DNA of 64,000 nt, from the NCBI RefSeq assembly GCF_006345805.1, contig NC_043017.1:32674001-32738000 (forward strand), read 5' to 3'. Source of the stretch: Octopus sinensis (Eukaryota). The position numbers and the translations under genes are program-made. Below are positions 1-12,127 of the stretch, in pieces. The notes beneath the pieces are model-generated. The model had not been told where the DNA came from. It did no database searches and worked only from the letters and a program-made list of their open reading frames with translations. Positions within the stretch are counted from its first letter, which is position 1. Each line of letters starts with the position of its first letter.

Positions 1-787
1 ACATACATACATACATGCATACATACATACATACATACCTTCATACATACATACTACATACATACAGACATGCATACATACATACATACATACATACAAA
101 CATACCTTCATCTATACATACATACATACATACATTCATACATACATACATACACACATACATACCTTCATACATGCATACACATAAAAATACTTAAACA
201 CGACTGAAGCAATTTGAGGGACAGAGCAGTTAAGTAAAATAAATAGCGTAAAAGAATAAAATCGGAAAAGAAAAACAAGAAACACAGAAAACTCTAAATT
301 GCAGTCGACAGAAGTGGACTAGAAGAATTCAAGTCGATTCCTTTTGAGTATGTAGTCTTTCTAAAAAGGGTAATAAGAGTCATTGTTTTCCAATATATTT
401 TACTACCATGATAACACAAAAGAGAAGAATAGTCTTGGAGGGGAAATGAGAGCGAAGGACTATAAAGACAGACATTGAAGAAAAACTAAAAGTATGAATG
501 TGTTTGGCTGGGTTTGTTATTGTTGTTGTTGCTGTTGTTGCTGTTGTTGCTGGTGGTGGTGGTGGAGGAGGTGGTGGTGGTAGTAAAAGATATAAAATGG
601 AGACAGCAGGACCAGAATCTCAAAAAAAAAAAAAAAAGAAAACAGCAACAACAAAAGAAAAAGAAGAACTCACCTGAATATTTGCCAAGATGATAAAATA
701 CCAATATAAGAATAACGTAAAACACCGAAAGAAGAATAGCAAGAACAACTATGATAACAACAGCAACAGCAGCAGCAGTAGTAGTTA

Positions 788-828
<41 letters not shown>

Positions 829-1084
829 ACAATGGCAGTAACAGCAGCAAATTTTCAGTGATATAAGCAATGACACAGATGACTACCGAGATAACTTATT
901 AGTACATGTAAATAAATTGGTGCTTACACATATCGCAGAGAAACTGACAGAGCATATATTCGGTAAACAGAAACGTATAGAAATATATGTGCCAAGAAAG
1001 TATTTCTTTTAAGTCCCGTGGTCTCAGCATGTGCAGGGTATAGTGACTATTTGAACCTGAAATATGAATTAGTATAGTTTATAT

Positions 1085-1832
1085 AGGTGCAGGAGTGGCT
1101 GTGTGGTAAATAGCTTGCTTACCAACCACATGGTTCCGGGTTCAGTCCCACTGCGTGGCACCATGGGCAAAGTGTCTTCTACTATAGCCTTGGCCAACCA
1201 AAGCCTTGTGAGTAGATTTGGTAGATGGAAACTGAAAGAAGCCCGTCATATATATGTATATATATATATGTGTGTGTATGTGTTTGTGTGTCTATGCTTG
1301 TTCCCCCAACATCGTTTGACAACCGATGATGGTATGTTTACGACCAAAGCCTTGTGAGTAGATTTGGTAGACGGAAACTGAAAGAAGCCTGTCGTATATA
1401 TGTATATATATATATCTATATATAATTTTTAATCCAAACGGGAAACAAAAAAACAACAACAATGGAACAATTACAGTATTATTATTAATAGGCGCTCAGG
1501 AAAAGGAAGCAGGGAGGTATGACGTTTCGAGCGGAGCTCTTCGTCGGAAACATAAAGAAGGAAGAGAGAGGAAAGAAAGATCCCAGAGCGGGCAACATGT
1601 AGGTGCGTGTGTGTATGTGTTTGTGTATCTATGTTTGTTCCCCCAACATCACTTGACAACCGATGCTGGTGTGTCTATGTCCCTGTAATGTAGCGGTTCG
1701 GCAAAAAAGAGACCGATAGAATAAGTACTGGGCTTACAAAGAATAAGTCCTGGGGTCAATTTGGTCGACTAAAGGCAGTGCTCCAGCATGGCCACAATCA
1801 AATGACTGAAACAAGTAAAAGAGTAAAGAGTA
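1085..1832 (+). mobile_element. tRNA-derived SINE, family A (head AGGCGCAGGAGTGGCTGTGTGG, internal TA/TG microsatellite, tail GAAACAAGTAAAAGAG); partial internal duplication and an insert at 1426-1600
   Basis: A/B-box-like head; sequence near-identical to more than 20 other copies in the window. Confidence 0.9.
1426..1600 (-). mobile_element. Penelope-like terminal fragment carrying a hammerhead motif (family P1), inserted in the SINE's TA tract
   Basis: Homologous to 54430-54610 and 55275-55490; minus strand reads GTTT-CCGACGA-A-GAGCTCCGCTC-GAAA-C-GTC-ATAC. Confidence 0.65.
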
Positions 1833-1959
1833 TTTGTGCAATGAAAAGTTACACTACAACACAAATTAATTTTGAATCCCAATCCTGGAGATAAGACATA
1901 AATTTCTGTTGAAGAAGTACAAATGTGAAACTACAACACCTACAAAATACATATCTCTC

Positions 1960-2335
1960 TTTTCTCTTTTACTTGTTTCAGTCATTTGACTGCGGCCATG
2001 CTGGAGCACCGCCTTTAATCGAGGAACTTGACCCCAGGACTTATTCTTTTGTAAGCCCAGTACTTATTCTATCGATCTCTTTTGCCGAACTGCTAAGTAA
2101 CGGGGACATAAACACACAAGCATCGGTTGTCAAGCAATGCTAGGGGGACAAACACACACACGCATATATATATATATATATATACATATATACGACGGGC
2201 TTCTTTTCAGTTTCTGTCTACCAAATCCATTCACAAGGCTTTGGTCATCCCAAGGCTATAGTTGAAGACACTTGCCCAAGGTGCTACGCAGTGGGACTGA
2301 ACTCGGAACCATACCACACAGCCACTTCTACACCT
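1960..2335 (-). mobile_element. SINE family A
   Basis: Reverse complement of the family A consensus. Confidence 0.9.
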
Positions 2336-2399
2336 ATATATGTAACAACAACAACAACAATAATGATGATGATGATAATGATAATAATCGCAATAATAA

Positions 2400-2960
2400 T
2401 AAATCTTTGCTATGATAAGCAGAAGTCCTGAAGTTTGTGGGAGGGGTTAAATCGATTACATTGACCCCAGTAATCAACTGGTACTTAATTTATCGACCCT
2501 GGAAGAACAAAAGGCAAAGTTCACCCCACTGGAATAATAATAATAACAATAATAATAATGATGATGATTTCAAATTTTGGCACAGGACCAGCAATTTCAA
2601 GGAAGGGAGTACGTTGATTTCATTGAACCCCAACTGGTACCTATTTTATTGAACCTGAAAGGATGAACAGCAAAGTTAACCCCCAGCAAAATTCGAACTG
2701 AGAACATGCAGCCAGACGAAATACTGCCAAGCATTTCACCCGGCATGCGAACAATTCTGCCAGCTAATCACCTTAATAATAATAATAATAATAATAGTAA
2801 TAATAATAATCCTTTCTACTATAGGCACAAAACCTGAAATTTTGAAGAAGGGTACTAGTTGATTACATCGACACCAGTACACAACTGGCAGTTAATTTAT
2901 TGACCCCCAAAAGGAGGAAATGCATAGTTGACCCTTGCGGAATTTGAACTTTGAATGCAA
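2400..2960 (-). mobile_element. Cluster of SINE family B fragments separated by (AAT)n
   Basis: Recurring GAAAGGATGAAAGGCAAAGTCGACC...GAATTTGAAC motif shared with full family B copies. Confidence 0.75.
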
Positions 2961-3039
2961 AGATTACACACTCATCACCTTAATAATAATAATAATAATA
3001 ATAATAATTATTATTATTATTATTATAATAATATTAATA

Positions 3040-4125
3040 ATGAATGGCAAATATGTGTCCTGTAGCAAACAAGCTAATGTATACCAGAGGCACACTGACC
3101 AGTGGCTATGGGGCTCAGGGCTAAAGGCAGAGAGCTTATTAACCCAGGGCAATCAAGCCAATGTGATGAAAAATAGAGTAGACCCAAAGTGTCAGTACTG
3201 TAATGATGAGATTGAAACTGGACCAGCTAATCTCTGGGTGTAAGGTTTTAGCACCTGTAGAGTATAAATCAGTGGTCAGTGGCAAGAGAGAAAGAGGCCG
3301 ACCAAGAACTCGCTGGCTTGACAGCCAATCTGAAAGAAGCGGCCCAGGATAGAACTGACTGGAGGACACTGATCCAACGAGTGACCGAGAGTCGACTTCA
3401 ACTGAATGGATAGAGAGATAGAGTATAAATCAAGACATGACAGAGTTAGCCAATATCTACACTGGATAATATGTTGGCATTACAAAATCAAAACCGTTGA
3501 CAAATGGTACAAGTACCACCCTGAGGCTGTAACAGGCAGAAAATGTAATGATTCTTTGGGACTTTCCTGTATGAACAGACTGGACAATAAAAGCAAATAA
3601 ACCAGATATTGTTGTGAAAATACCAAAACAATAAAATCTATTCATTGATTGACACGAGCATACCCTGTGACCATAAAATCTCGGCAAAAGAATTTGATAA
3701 GCTCAGGAAATATAAAGATTTGGTAATTGAAATACAAAAATGATGTGGCATCTCATGATGGTTACAATACCAGTAATTGTTGGAGCACTTGGAATGACCA
3801 AAAATGAAACTGAAAATTATTTAAGAATGGTCCGTGGCTTACCATCCATGCAGGAAGTGCAAAAGATTGTCGTAACTGGTAACTGGTCACACATATTGAG
3901 AAGGGCATTGTTGCTGTGAATTTCCTTTTTCTTTTCCTTTTATTTTCTTTGTTTTCCTTTTGATTTTTTTCTTCTTTCCTTTCTCTCTATCATACGACTT
4001 TGCAAACGAACAATCTGATATGTTCATTTTAATGGCCTACAAATGTATGCGGTGTTTTCTCTGTGCCCTAGGTGTCGGGAAGACATGCAGCAAGAAATGG
4101 AAATAAAATTGAAAGACGAGGATAA
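3040..4125 (+). mobile_element. 5'-truncated Dong/R4-clade non-LTR retrotransposon (restriction-like endonuclease C-terminus plus 3' UTR), frameshifted
   Basis: Translation: DPKCQYC..EIET...CKVLAPVEYKSRHDRV..YLHWIIC...ILWDFPV..D..IKANKPDIV...ID.SIP.D..KE..KL.KYKDL.IEI..W.L..VTIPVIVGALG; flanked on both sides by (TAA)n, the known Dong target. Confidence 0.85.
3272..3418 (+). mobile_element. Short 3' end of an RTE/BovB-type LINE nested in the R4 fossil
   Basis: SGKRERGRPRTRWLD...KEAAQDRTDWRTLIQRVTESRLQLNG*; 14-bp TSD TAGAGTATAAATCA at 3258-3271 and 3419-3432. Confidence 0.85.
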
Positions 4126-4148
4126 TAATAATAACAACAACAACAACA

Positions 4149-4198
<50 letters not shown>

Positions 4199-4609
4199 AA
4201 AGGCAAGAAAAAAGAAAATTTTATGACAATTTTATTACAATTATAGTGAATATACATCATCAAACTGGACAATGCTATACAAAGGGCATTATCAAAGAGA
4301 AAAGAAATTTCAACACAAAAACTCTGCTAATACATCAACCTGTCTGATACTACAGGAGACAATAAAGTTGGCAGATATTGTAAAGACTCAGATACTCTAA
4401 AAGAACACTTAATAAAAACTGATAAAAATCTTTTCAAAGATAAAAATATCTGCGGAACCAAAAGTTGGTATTCTTGTAGAGATTTGATACTTAAATATGA
4501 AGTTCTAAGATTGACATTGTTTCTACAAAGCAACATCCCCACATCTGAGTACCTAACACTACCGGAAACCAACCTACATTTTCTAGACTTCCTGAATAGG
4601 AGTAAAAAC

Positions 4610-4922
4610 CTCCTTCAGTCGTGAATGACTGTGGGATTGCACTAAGAAAGTTCCCCTCGGGGCACAAGTCCAGGGAAGGTTGTTTATGGAAGACCAGCAG
4701 TTGCCCATGCATACTGGGCTCCCCTCTCCATGCCACTGTTGTTATCCAAGGGAAAGGCTTGGCATCAGTGACAGTGCAACTCATTTCTACAGATAAGTGA
4801 ACTGGAGTAATGTGAAATAAAGTGTCTTGCTCAAGAACACAACACACAACCTGGTCCAGGAATTGAACTCACAATCTCATGATTGTGAGCCTGACGCTGA
4901 AGCCACTGAGCCATGACCCTTC
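4610..4922 (-). mobile_element. tRNA-derived SINE, family E
   Basis: tRNA-like head at the right end on the minus strand; similar segments at 26165-26400, 61795-62052 and 63330-63485. Confidence 0.65.
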
Positions 4923-5152
4923 TTGAACAGGGCTATATGAAGGAAAAAAAAATGGATGGCTATTCACAATATCATTGATTTTTTCAACTACTGTTTTCCT
5001 ATGTCAGTAGCTATGGATTTTGTCTCAGCTTGTAGCTGGTAATGACCACGTGCTACTGATGAAGCCTAACAAGAGAGAAATACTCACCTAGCATGCTCAC
5101 AACCACTGCTGGGCAATTTTCCTCTACAACTGATATACCTCTGTGTTTTTAA

Positions 5153-5373
5153 CCCTTTAGTGTTCGCATTATTCTGCCAAAATTAATGCTTCTTCATCCA
5201 CATTGCCTTGAACTCATCAGGCATTATCTTGTAGCTATGAGATTTTGATGAGGTAGCTGTTAATTTTTAAAACGATATTGTAGGGTTGGTGTGATAGACC
5301 AGATCTGGCCAGTTTGAACATAAAACAGGCAGAATACTTTTAGCCAGATATGGCCGGTTTAAATGCTAAAGTG
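5153..5373. mobile_element. piggyBac-type MITE
   Basis: TTAA|CCCTTTAG...CTAAAGTG|TTAA; TTAA TSD at 5149-5152 and 5374-5377. Confidence 0.75.
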
Positions 5374-5610
5374 TTAAACTGGGCATTGATAAGGGATATT
5401 ATCCCTACATAAATACTGCAGTTAATTTTTCTTTTGTTGAGATGTATCTGCATTAGGTATAATACATAGATGACATTTATTTATGTAGTGTATCACAATT
5501 TCTGAAACAGTTGGCTACAAATTTCCACTGAGCTAAAGACATAGATCTCACCTTTTCGGATGTGAGAGCAAGAAACAAGCATCTCTGTTTTTGTTTTTAC
5601 CAACATTTAT

Positions 5611-5786
5611 ACAGTTCTATATTTAAGAAATGAGGCATTATGTACATTATTTACATTCGATGGATATTTGTCCCCATCTTGTTTGTTGTTAACACAATGT
5701 TTTGGCTGATATACCCACCAGCCTTCTTCAGCTGTCTTGGGGGAAATTTTGAACCTGGGTTCTCATTCCTAAGGTATTTTTCGATC

Positions 5787-5859
<73 letters not shown>

Positions 5860-6185
5860 AATTATTATTATTATTGTTATTGTTCAGGTCACTGCTTGGA
5901 ATCAAACTCAGAATCTTGGGGTTAATAACCCATGCTCTTAACCACTACGCCATATGCCCACGGGCATATGACCAGAAAAGTGACCAGAACAATAACAACA
6001 ATAATAATAATAATAATAACATTGAAAAATACCTTAAGAATGAGAACCCAGGTTCGAAATTTTGCCCCAAGATATCTGATGAAGGCTTGGAGGGTATATC
6101 AGCCAAAACGTGTTAACAACAAACAAGATGGGGACAAATATCCGTCAAATGTAAATAATGTAAATAATGAACATTTATACACTTT
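5611..6185 (-). mobile_element. tRNA-headed, hammerhead-bearing SINE-like element with an inverted partial copy at its 5' end
   Basis: Minus strand: A box TGGCGTAGTGG (5942-5952), B-box-like GAGTTTGATTCC (5898-5909), (AAT)n, then a body with CTGAAGA-A-GGCTG..CAGCC-AAAA-CATT-GTGTT; inverted copy 5962-6185; central hairpin CATATGCCC-AC-GGGCATATG. Confidence 0.7.
5691..5736 (-). ncRNA. Degenerate type I hammerhead motif (G12 replaced by A)
   Basis: GACAG-CTGAAGA-A-GGCTG-GTGGGTATAT-CAGCC-AAAA-C-ATT-GTGTT; 5-bp stem II; second copy at 6071-6114 (+) has CTGATGA. Confidence 0.55.
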
Positions 6186-6338
6186 GTCAATGAACTCTGA
6201 TATAAGGTTTATGCACCTAGGCATACATGCTTTCATGGTAGCTGTCAGCTTGTAGACAAGTATGGCCACCACTGACAAATTATGTTATCCTTGATGTTAA
6301 AGATGATGGATGCCAGTAATAACCGTAGTGAAGCTTAA

Positions 6339-6953
6339 CCCTTTAGCATCCAGATTCCTCTGTCAAACGGAATGCTTATTTATTCACAATGTTTTGAATT
6401 AATCGTGTATTTATTTTGTAGCTTGGACATTTCGATGATGTGATTGTTTATTTATTATTTTTTTTTTTACTTGTTTCAGTCATTTGACTGCGGCCATGCT
6501 GGAGCACCGCCTTTAGTCGAGCAACTCGACCCCAGGACTTATTCTTTTGTAAACCCAGTACTTATTCTATCGGTCTCTTTTGCCGAACCACTAAGTGACG
6601 GGGACATAAACACACCAGCAGGGGGACAAACACAAACACACAAACATACACACATACATATATATATATATACATATATACGACAGGCTTCTTTCAGTTT
6701 CCGTCTACCAAATCCACTCACAAGGCTTTGGTCGGCCCGAGGCTATAGTAGAAGACACTTGCCCAAGGTGCCACGCAGTGGGACTGAACCCAGAACCATG
6801 TGGTTGGTAAACAAGCTACTTACCACACAGCCACTCCTGCGCCTATTTTTTATTGTTTATTTTTTACAATGACATTGTGGGGTAGGTGTAAGAAGTTTTA
6901 ATATAAAATAGAGAATATCTGGGAAGGATTTGGGCAGATGAAAAGGTAAAGGG
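6339..6953. mobile_element. piggyBac-type MITE related to 5153-5373, interrupted by a family A SINE (6465-6845, minus)
   Basis: TTAA|CCCTTTAG start, TAAAGGG|CTAA end; internal similarity to 5153-5373. Confidence 0.55.
6465..6845 (-). mobile_element. SINE family A
   Basis: Reverse complement of the consensus, small internal deletion. Confidence 0.9.
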
Positions 6954-8076
6954 CTAAGGTCAATAACAGCTGGTACAACCCCACTAAGCCTCTCCCCTAC
7001 AAAGAGAAGTTGCCCAGAAACAAGCAACAGCAAAATCTTCAATTTTGGCAATAAGGCAGGTATTATTTTGGAATTTCTTTCTTCTAGAGAGATGTCTAAA
7101 TGAAGACAAGGTGTCTCTCACTCTCAGCCATCCTTTGGCAGATTTTGTCTTTTGTCTTGAATTGAGAGCTTGATTCACGAATCTTTCATTAGCTGATTAC
7201 ACAACCATGGATACCACCCTCATGGCTGCGTTGCGGATACTCTCTTGATAGAGCTTGGTGATCCTGGCCAATGATCTTCCAGGAACCCTCCACTCAGCTT
7301 CAATGTAAAAAGCACCATTGGCTCAGTTGAGCTCTCCTACTGCCTGTTTACAATCCACGACTTTGCTATATCCCTGGCAGGGCAGCTGAACAGGGGCCAG
7401 GCCTTGCCAAAGAGCAACTCATAACTACTGGGATTTATATTCTAGAAGCCAGGTTTTTGCACCTCTAGTTAGTGATTCTCTCCTAATTATTCTGGTGCTC
7501 ATAGTATCTTGTTTGCCAGAGCAGTAATAGCAAAATCTATGCTTTGCTGAAAAGGTTTAATGAAACTGAAACATGCATGAATTAATCACCCAGACTTGCT
7601 GGAATGACTGAAATAATATTAGACATTGACTAGTAATGCTTTTTCCTCACCAAATGATTATTTTTAATTTGCTTCTGATATTCCTTCTATTGAATGTGTT
7701 AAGCCAAATTAACTCTTGTTAAGCTCATAGTTATTTGTTCCCTGTCTGTTGTGTGAGATATTCTAAACATGTAATACTTCTTACAATGAAGACATAACCA
7801 GCTGGTAAAATCGTTCCATTATTCTCAGTATAGATAAAAGTCTACCTCCAAATAATTGTTTCTTAAAGGAAAAGCCATATTACAATTTACTAAAATAAAA
7901 ACAGCAGAGATAAATCTTATGCAATAAAAAATATACATATATGTATATCTAAAACTAAAGCTAAAACTATACAAAATGTTGCAACATTTCTTGCGATATG
8001 GGAAGTAAAATTGCTTTTATAGAAACAGATAAAAAACTTCAGCTCTAACCTAGAATGGTTTTTCTTTTTCTTTTAG

Positions 8077-8119
8077 AACACAGACAATTCAGAGGTGGAA
8101 ATAATACACACAAAAAAAC
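8077..8119 (+). CDS. Candidate 43-nt internal exon of an unidentified gene (NTDNSEVEIIHTKK)
   Basis: Strong acceptor TTTTTCTTTTTCTTTTAG and donor GTAAGA in unique sequence, open frame; no homology recognised. Confidence 0.3.
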
Positions 8120-8680
8120 GTAAGAATTCTTTGGGCATAATAAATGCCTATCAAAAAAAAAAACAAAACAACTATGTAGTTCATTTGTGATACATATTCA
8201 AACAGCCACCCTACAAGTCTTCGAAATTCTCTTCAGTACAAGAAAGATATTTATCATACCAAACATATCAGTCTCTTTTGCGGAACTACTAAGTCGCAGG
8301 GATGTCAATACTCCAGCACCAGTTGTCAAGTGGTAGTGGTGGGGAAACAAAGTTATGCAGACAATGGATTTCTTTCAGTTTCCACCTATGAAATCCATTT
8401 CCAAGGCTTTGGTAGACCCCAGGCTATAGTAGGAAACACTTGCTCAAGGTGCCACACAGTGGGATTGAACCAGAACCATGCGGTTGGGAGGCAAACTTCT
8501 TCCCACACAGCCAAGCCTGTGCAGATATATATATTTTATTTATTATTTTGCAATTTACTTGATCATCGGTATATTATTGTTATTTTATATTTAGTATTCT
8601 ATTATATGTAATTTTCTAGATGGTGTAATTTAATTGTTCATTTTGAATTGATAAAGGTGGTTTTTTAAAAATTTATATAT

Positions 8681-9089
8681 AGGCACAGGAGTGGCTATGG
8701 GATAAGTAGTTTGTTTACCAACCACATGGTTCCAGGTTCAGTCCCATTGCATGGCAACTTGGGCAAGTGTCTTCTACTATAGCCTCGGGCCGACCAAAGC
8801 CTTGTTAGTGGATTTGGTAGACAGAAACTGAAAGAAGCCTGTCGTATATATGTATATATATATATGTGTTTGTGTGTTTGTGTGTCTGTGTTTGACGCCC
8901 TAGCATTGCTTGACAACCGATGCTGGTGTGTTTATGTCCCCGTTACTTAGCAGTTCAGCAATAGAGACTGATAGAATAAGTACTGGGCTTACAAAAGAAT
9001 AAGTCCCGGGGATGAGTTGCTCGATTAAAGGCGGTGCTCCAGCATGGCCGCAGTCAAATGACTGAAACAAGTAAAAGAGTAAAAGAGTA
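8681..9089 (+). mobile_element. SINE family A
   Basis: Full-length match to the consensus. Confidence 0.9.
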
Positions 9090-9229
9090 TATATATATAT
9101 ATATATATATTACATTTTATGAATTCGCCTTAAATGGTCCCTTTACATACTGAATACTTGGTGAAATTGATTAATAATTAATTAATTTTACCCTCAATTG
9201 TTGGAATATATATATATATATATATATAT

Positions 9230-9542
9230 ATCACCATGATCACCGTGACTGACCAGGCTATCAGATGTTGCTACACATCACTGGTCACAATGTGCTTCGC
9301 ATTGTTTTAGCCTTCAAATGACGCCACCCTGCTGGCTAAGCGAGCAGGCCAACAGAAGAAAGAGTGAGAGAAAGTTGTGGCAAAAGAGTACAGCAGGGAT
9401 CGCCACCATCCCCTGCCAAAGCCTCAAGGAGCTTTTAGGTGTTTTTGCTCAATAAACACTCACAACGCCCGGTCTGGGAATCGAAACCGCGATCCTGCAA
9501 ATGTGAGTCTGTTGCCCTAACTACTGGGCCAATGTGCCTCCA
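9230..9542 (-). mobile_element. tRNA-derived SINE, family C head with tail type 1
   Basis: Head GTGGAGGCACATTGGCCCAGTAGTTAGGG...GGTTTCGATTCCCAGACC on the minus strand, shared with 14679-15064. Confidence 0.8.
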
Positions 9543-10297
9543 CACACACATACACATACATATCGAAGGTAAAACAGAAAGAATACAACAAATGGAAACT
9601 GTCAAAACACAACATGCAGAAAAAAAGGATGATATCATGACAACAGCAAACAGGACAAAACAAGACACACAGATCATCTGCAGCCAATTGCATCTTCAGC
9701 TGGAGTTCAAAATGTCTTTGTAGTTTCGTCCACTTACCTCCAATACTACTTGAAACTAGCTGAGTCAGGGACTTAAGCTAAAGGCATTAAACCTCTGGGA
9801 AAGGCAAATAAGTGTAGATATAGGAAAACAAATAAGTAAACAACAGAAAGGGTCTTTCATCTATTGGACGAATGTAACATATGAAATAAAATTATATATA
9901 TTCAATGGACAAATGCCTGAACCAGATAGTGATCATGTGGTAGGAGAGAAGAGGAGTTGAAGAGGGCAGAGGGACTAAGGAATAGGAGAGAGGGGAAAGA
10001 AATCAGAAGGACCAAAGCTTGAGAGAGAGAATAAGGTACAAGGGAGGTAGAGAGATGAAGGAAAGCAAAAGAGATTGAAGAATACAAGGGAGGGGGGAAA
10101 GGATTAAGGAATACGAGAGAGGGAAAAAGGAAATCAGAGGGACAGAGAAACGAGAGAGAGAGAGAGGGGGGAAGGAACGAGGGAGAAAGGTGAAGAGAGA
10201 GAGGGTGAGTGAGACATAGAGGGAAAGGGAGAAAAAGGGACTGTAGTCATGCTGCGGCACTGCTTTGGAAAATTTTAGTTGAACGACAAAACCCTAG

Positions 10298-10600
10298 TAT
10301 TCTGTTGTGTCTGGGGAGAGTCATTCTCTTTTAGTGCCTTATGATGTAACACACTCACCGGTAAAATTTCCACTTTTTTCTTATTTTTTATTTTCAATAG
10401 TCTTGAGTCGAAACTATTGAAAAGGTTGCAAGATGCAACGAAAATTTTAGAAAATAAAAAATAAGAAAAAAGTGGAAATTTTACTGGTGAGTGTGTTTTA
10501 TTATAAGGCACTAAAAGAGAATACCTCTCCCCAGACACAACAGAATATGCTTCAACACACGAACTCATATAAAGAATCTTGCAAACCAAATCCCGAAACG
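10298..10600. mobile_element. Foldback insert (about 95-bp inverted arms, 50-bp tail) with a 12-bp flanking duplication
   Basis: Arms about 10298-10395 and 10450-10547; AAAACCCTAGTA at 10288-10299 and 10601-10612. Confidence 0.65.
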
Positions 10601-10983
10601 AAAACCCTAGTAGTTGTGCTTTTGAAGGCCTGGTTCTTATTCTGTCAGTGGCTTTTTGCCAAACTGCTAAGTTAGAGTGATATAAACATACCAAAACTTA
10701 TTGTCAAGCAGTGGGGATTGGACAAACAAAGACACACACACACATTCACACACTCACACACTCACACATACACACACACACATACACACACACAATCACA
10801 CACACACACACATGATGGACTTCTTTCGGTTTCTGTCTACCAAATTCCCTCACTTTTATCAGACCAAGGTGACAGTTGAAGACACTTGCCCAAAGCGCCA
10901 TGCAGTAGAACTGAACCCTGAACCAAGTGGTTTGGAAGCAGACATCTAACCACACACTTATGACTGTATCTATCTAATATATA

Positions 10984-11161
10984 AGGCACAGGAGTGGCTG
11001 TGTGGTAAGTAGCTTGCTAACCAACCACATGGTTCCGGGTTCAATCCCACTGCATGGCACCTTGGGTAAGTGTCTTCTACTATAGCCTCGGGCCAACCAA
11101 AGCCTTGTGAGTGGATTTGGTAGACAGAAACTGAAAGAAGCCTGTCGTATATATGTATATA

Positions 11162-11197
<36 letters not shown>

Positions 11198-11357
11198 TGT
11201 ATGTATGTATTTATATATATGTGTATGTATGTATGTATGTATATATGTATATATATATATGTATGTATGTATGTATATATGTATATATGTATATACATAT
11301 GTATGTATGTATATATGTATATATATATGTATGTATGTATGTATGTATATATGTATA

Positions 11358-11388
<31 letters not shown>

Positions 11389-11605
11389 TGTGTATCTGCA
11401 TTTGCCCCACCACCACCACCACCAACATCACTTGACAACCGATGGTGGTGTGTTTAGGTCCCTGTAACTTAGCAGTTCGGCAGAAGAGACCAATAGAATA
11501 AGTACTAGGCATACAAAAGAATAATTCCTGGGGTCGATTTGATTCGACTAAAGGCGGTGCTCCAGCATGGCCGCAGTCAAATGACTGAAACAAGTAAAAG
11601 AGAGA
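10984..11605 (+). mobile_element. SINE family A with expanded (ATGT/AT)n core
   Basis: Consensus head and tail flanking a 250-bp microsatellite. Confidence 0.9.
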
Positions 11606-12127
11606 AAAAATAAATAACAAAATGGCGTTTATATTTCCAATAATTTGTTTCACTGGAAATCTTTCTTTAATGCAGTCGTAATAGGCTAGAATCATGCAAT
11701 ACGTGACTTTCTAGCAGACGAGGTGAATTTAAGAATCGTTAACCATGACTACCTGATAGTTCAACGAGTGGAGTTTCGCAGGTAACAATACTAATACATC
11801 AAGTGGAGCAGGTAGGTATGTTCAAGAGCTTCAATTATGGCACAGACGTAAAAGTCAGCTACTTTCTCTCTTATCTTATGGTATACGGCTATAAATATCT
11901 TCGTTCCTGCCTTGATCTATAACCATAATTAATTACCAGCTTTTGAATGCACTCACACGCCAGATTTATGATTTGATATTGTTAATTTTAAAACTTCACA
12001 AGTCAAAATATTAGTCAGTCTTCGTCAGCTATTTAGATTCACCTGGTGATGCAGTCTTCAAATTCTTCTTCTCGTCAAATCTTCAGCCATGAGCTAATTA
12101 GACAAACCAAGATTTTATTTACCTTTA

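Noticed and set aside
674-860. Minus-strand Thr-rich plus hydrophobic stretch ending at a good donor (CAG/GTGAGT)
   Set aside because: Mostly triplet microsatellite, with an in-frame stop upstream and no acceptor between.
6990-7430. Possible L1/Tx1-like ORF2 remnant on the minus strand (also about 53200-53400)
   Set aside because: Resemblance is faint and frame-broken; not supportable without a profile search.
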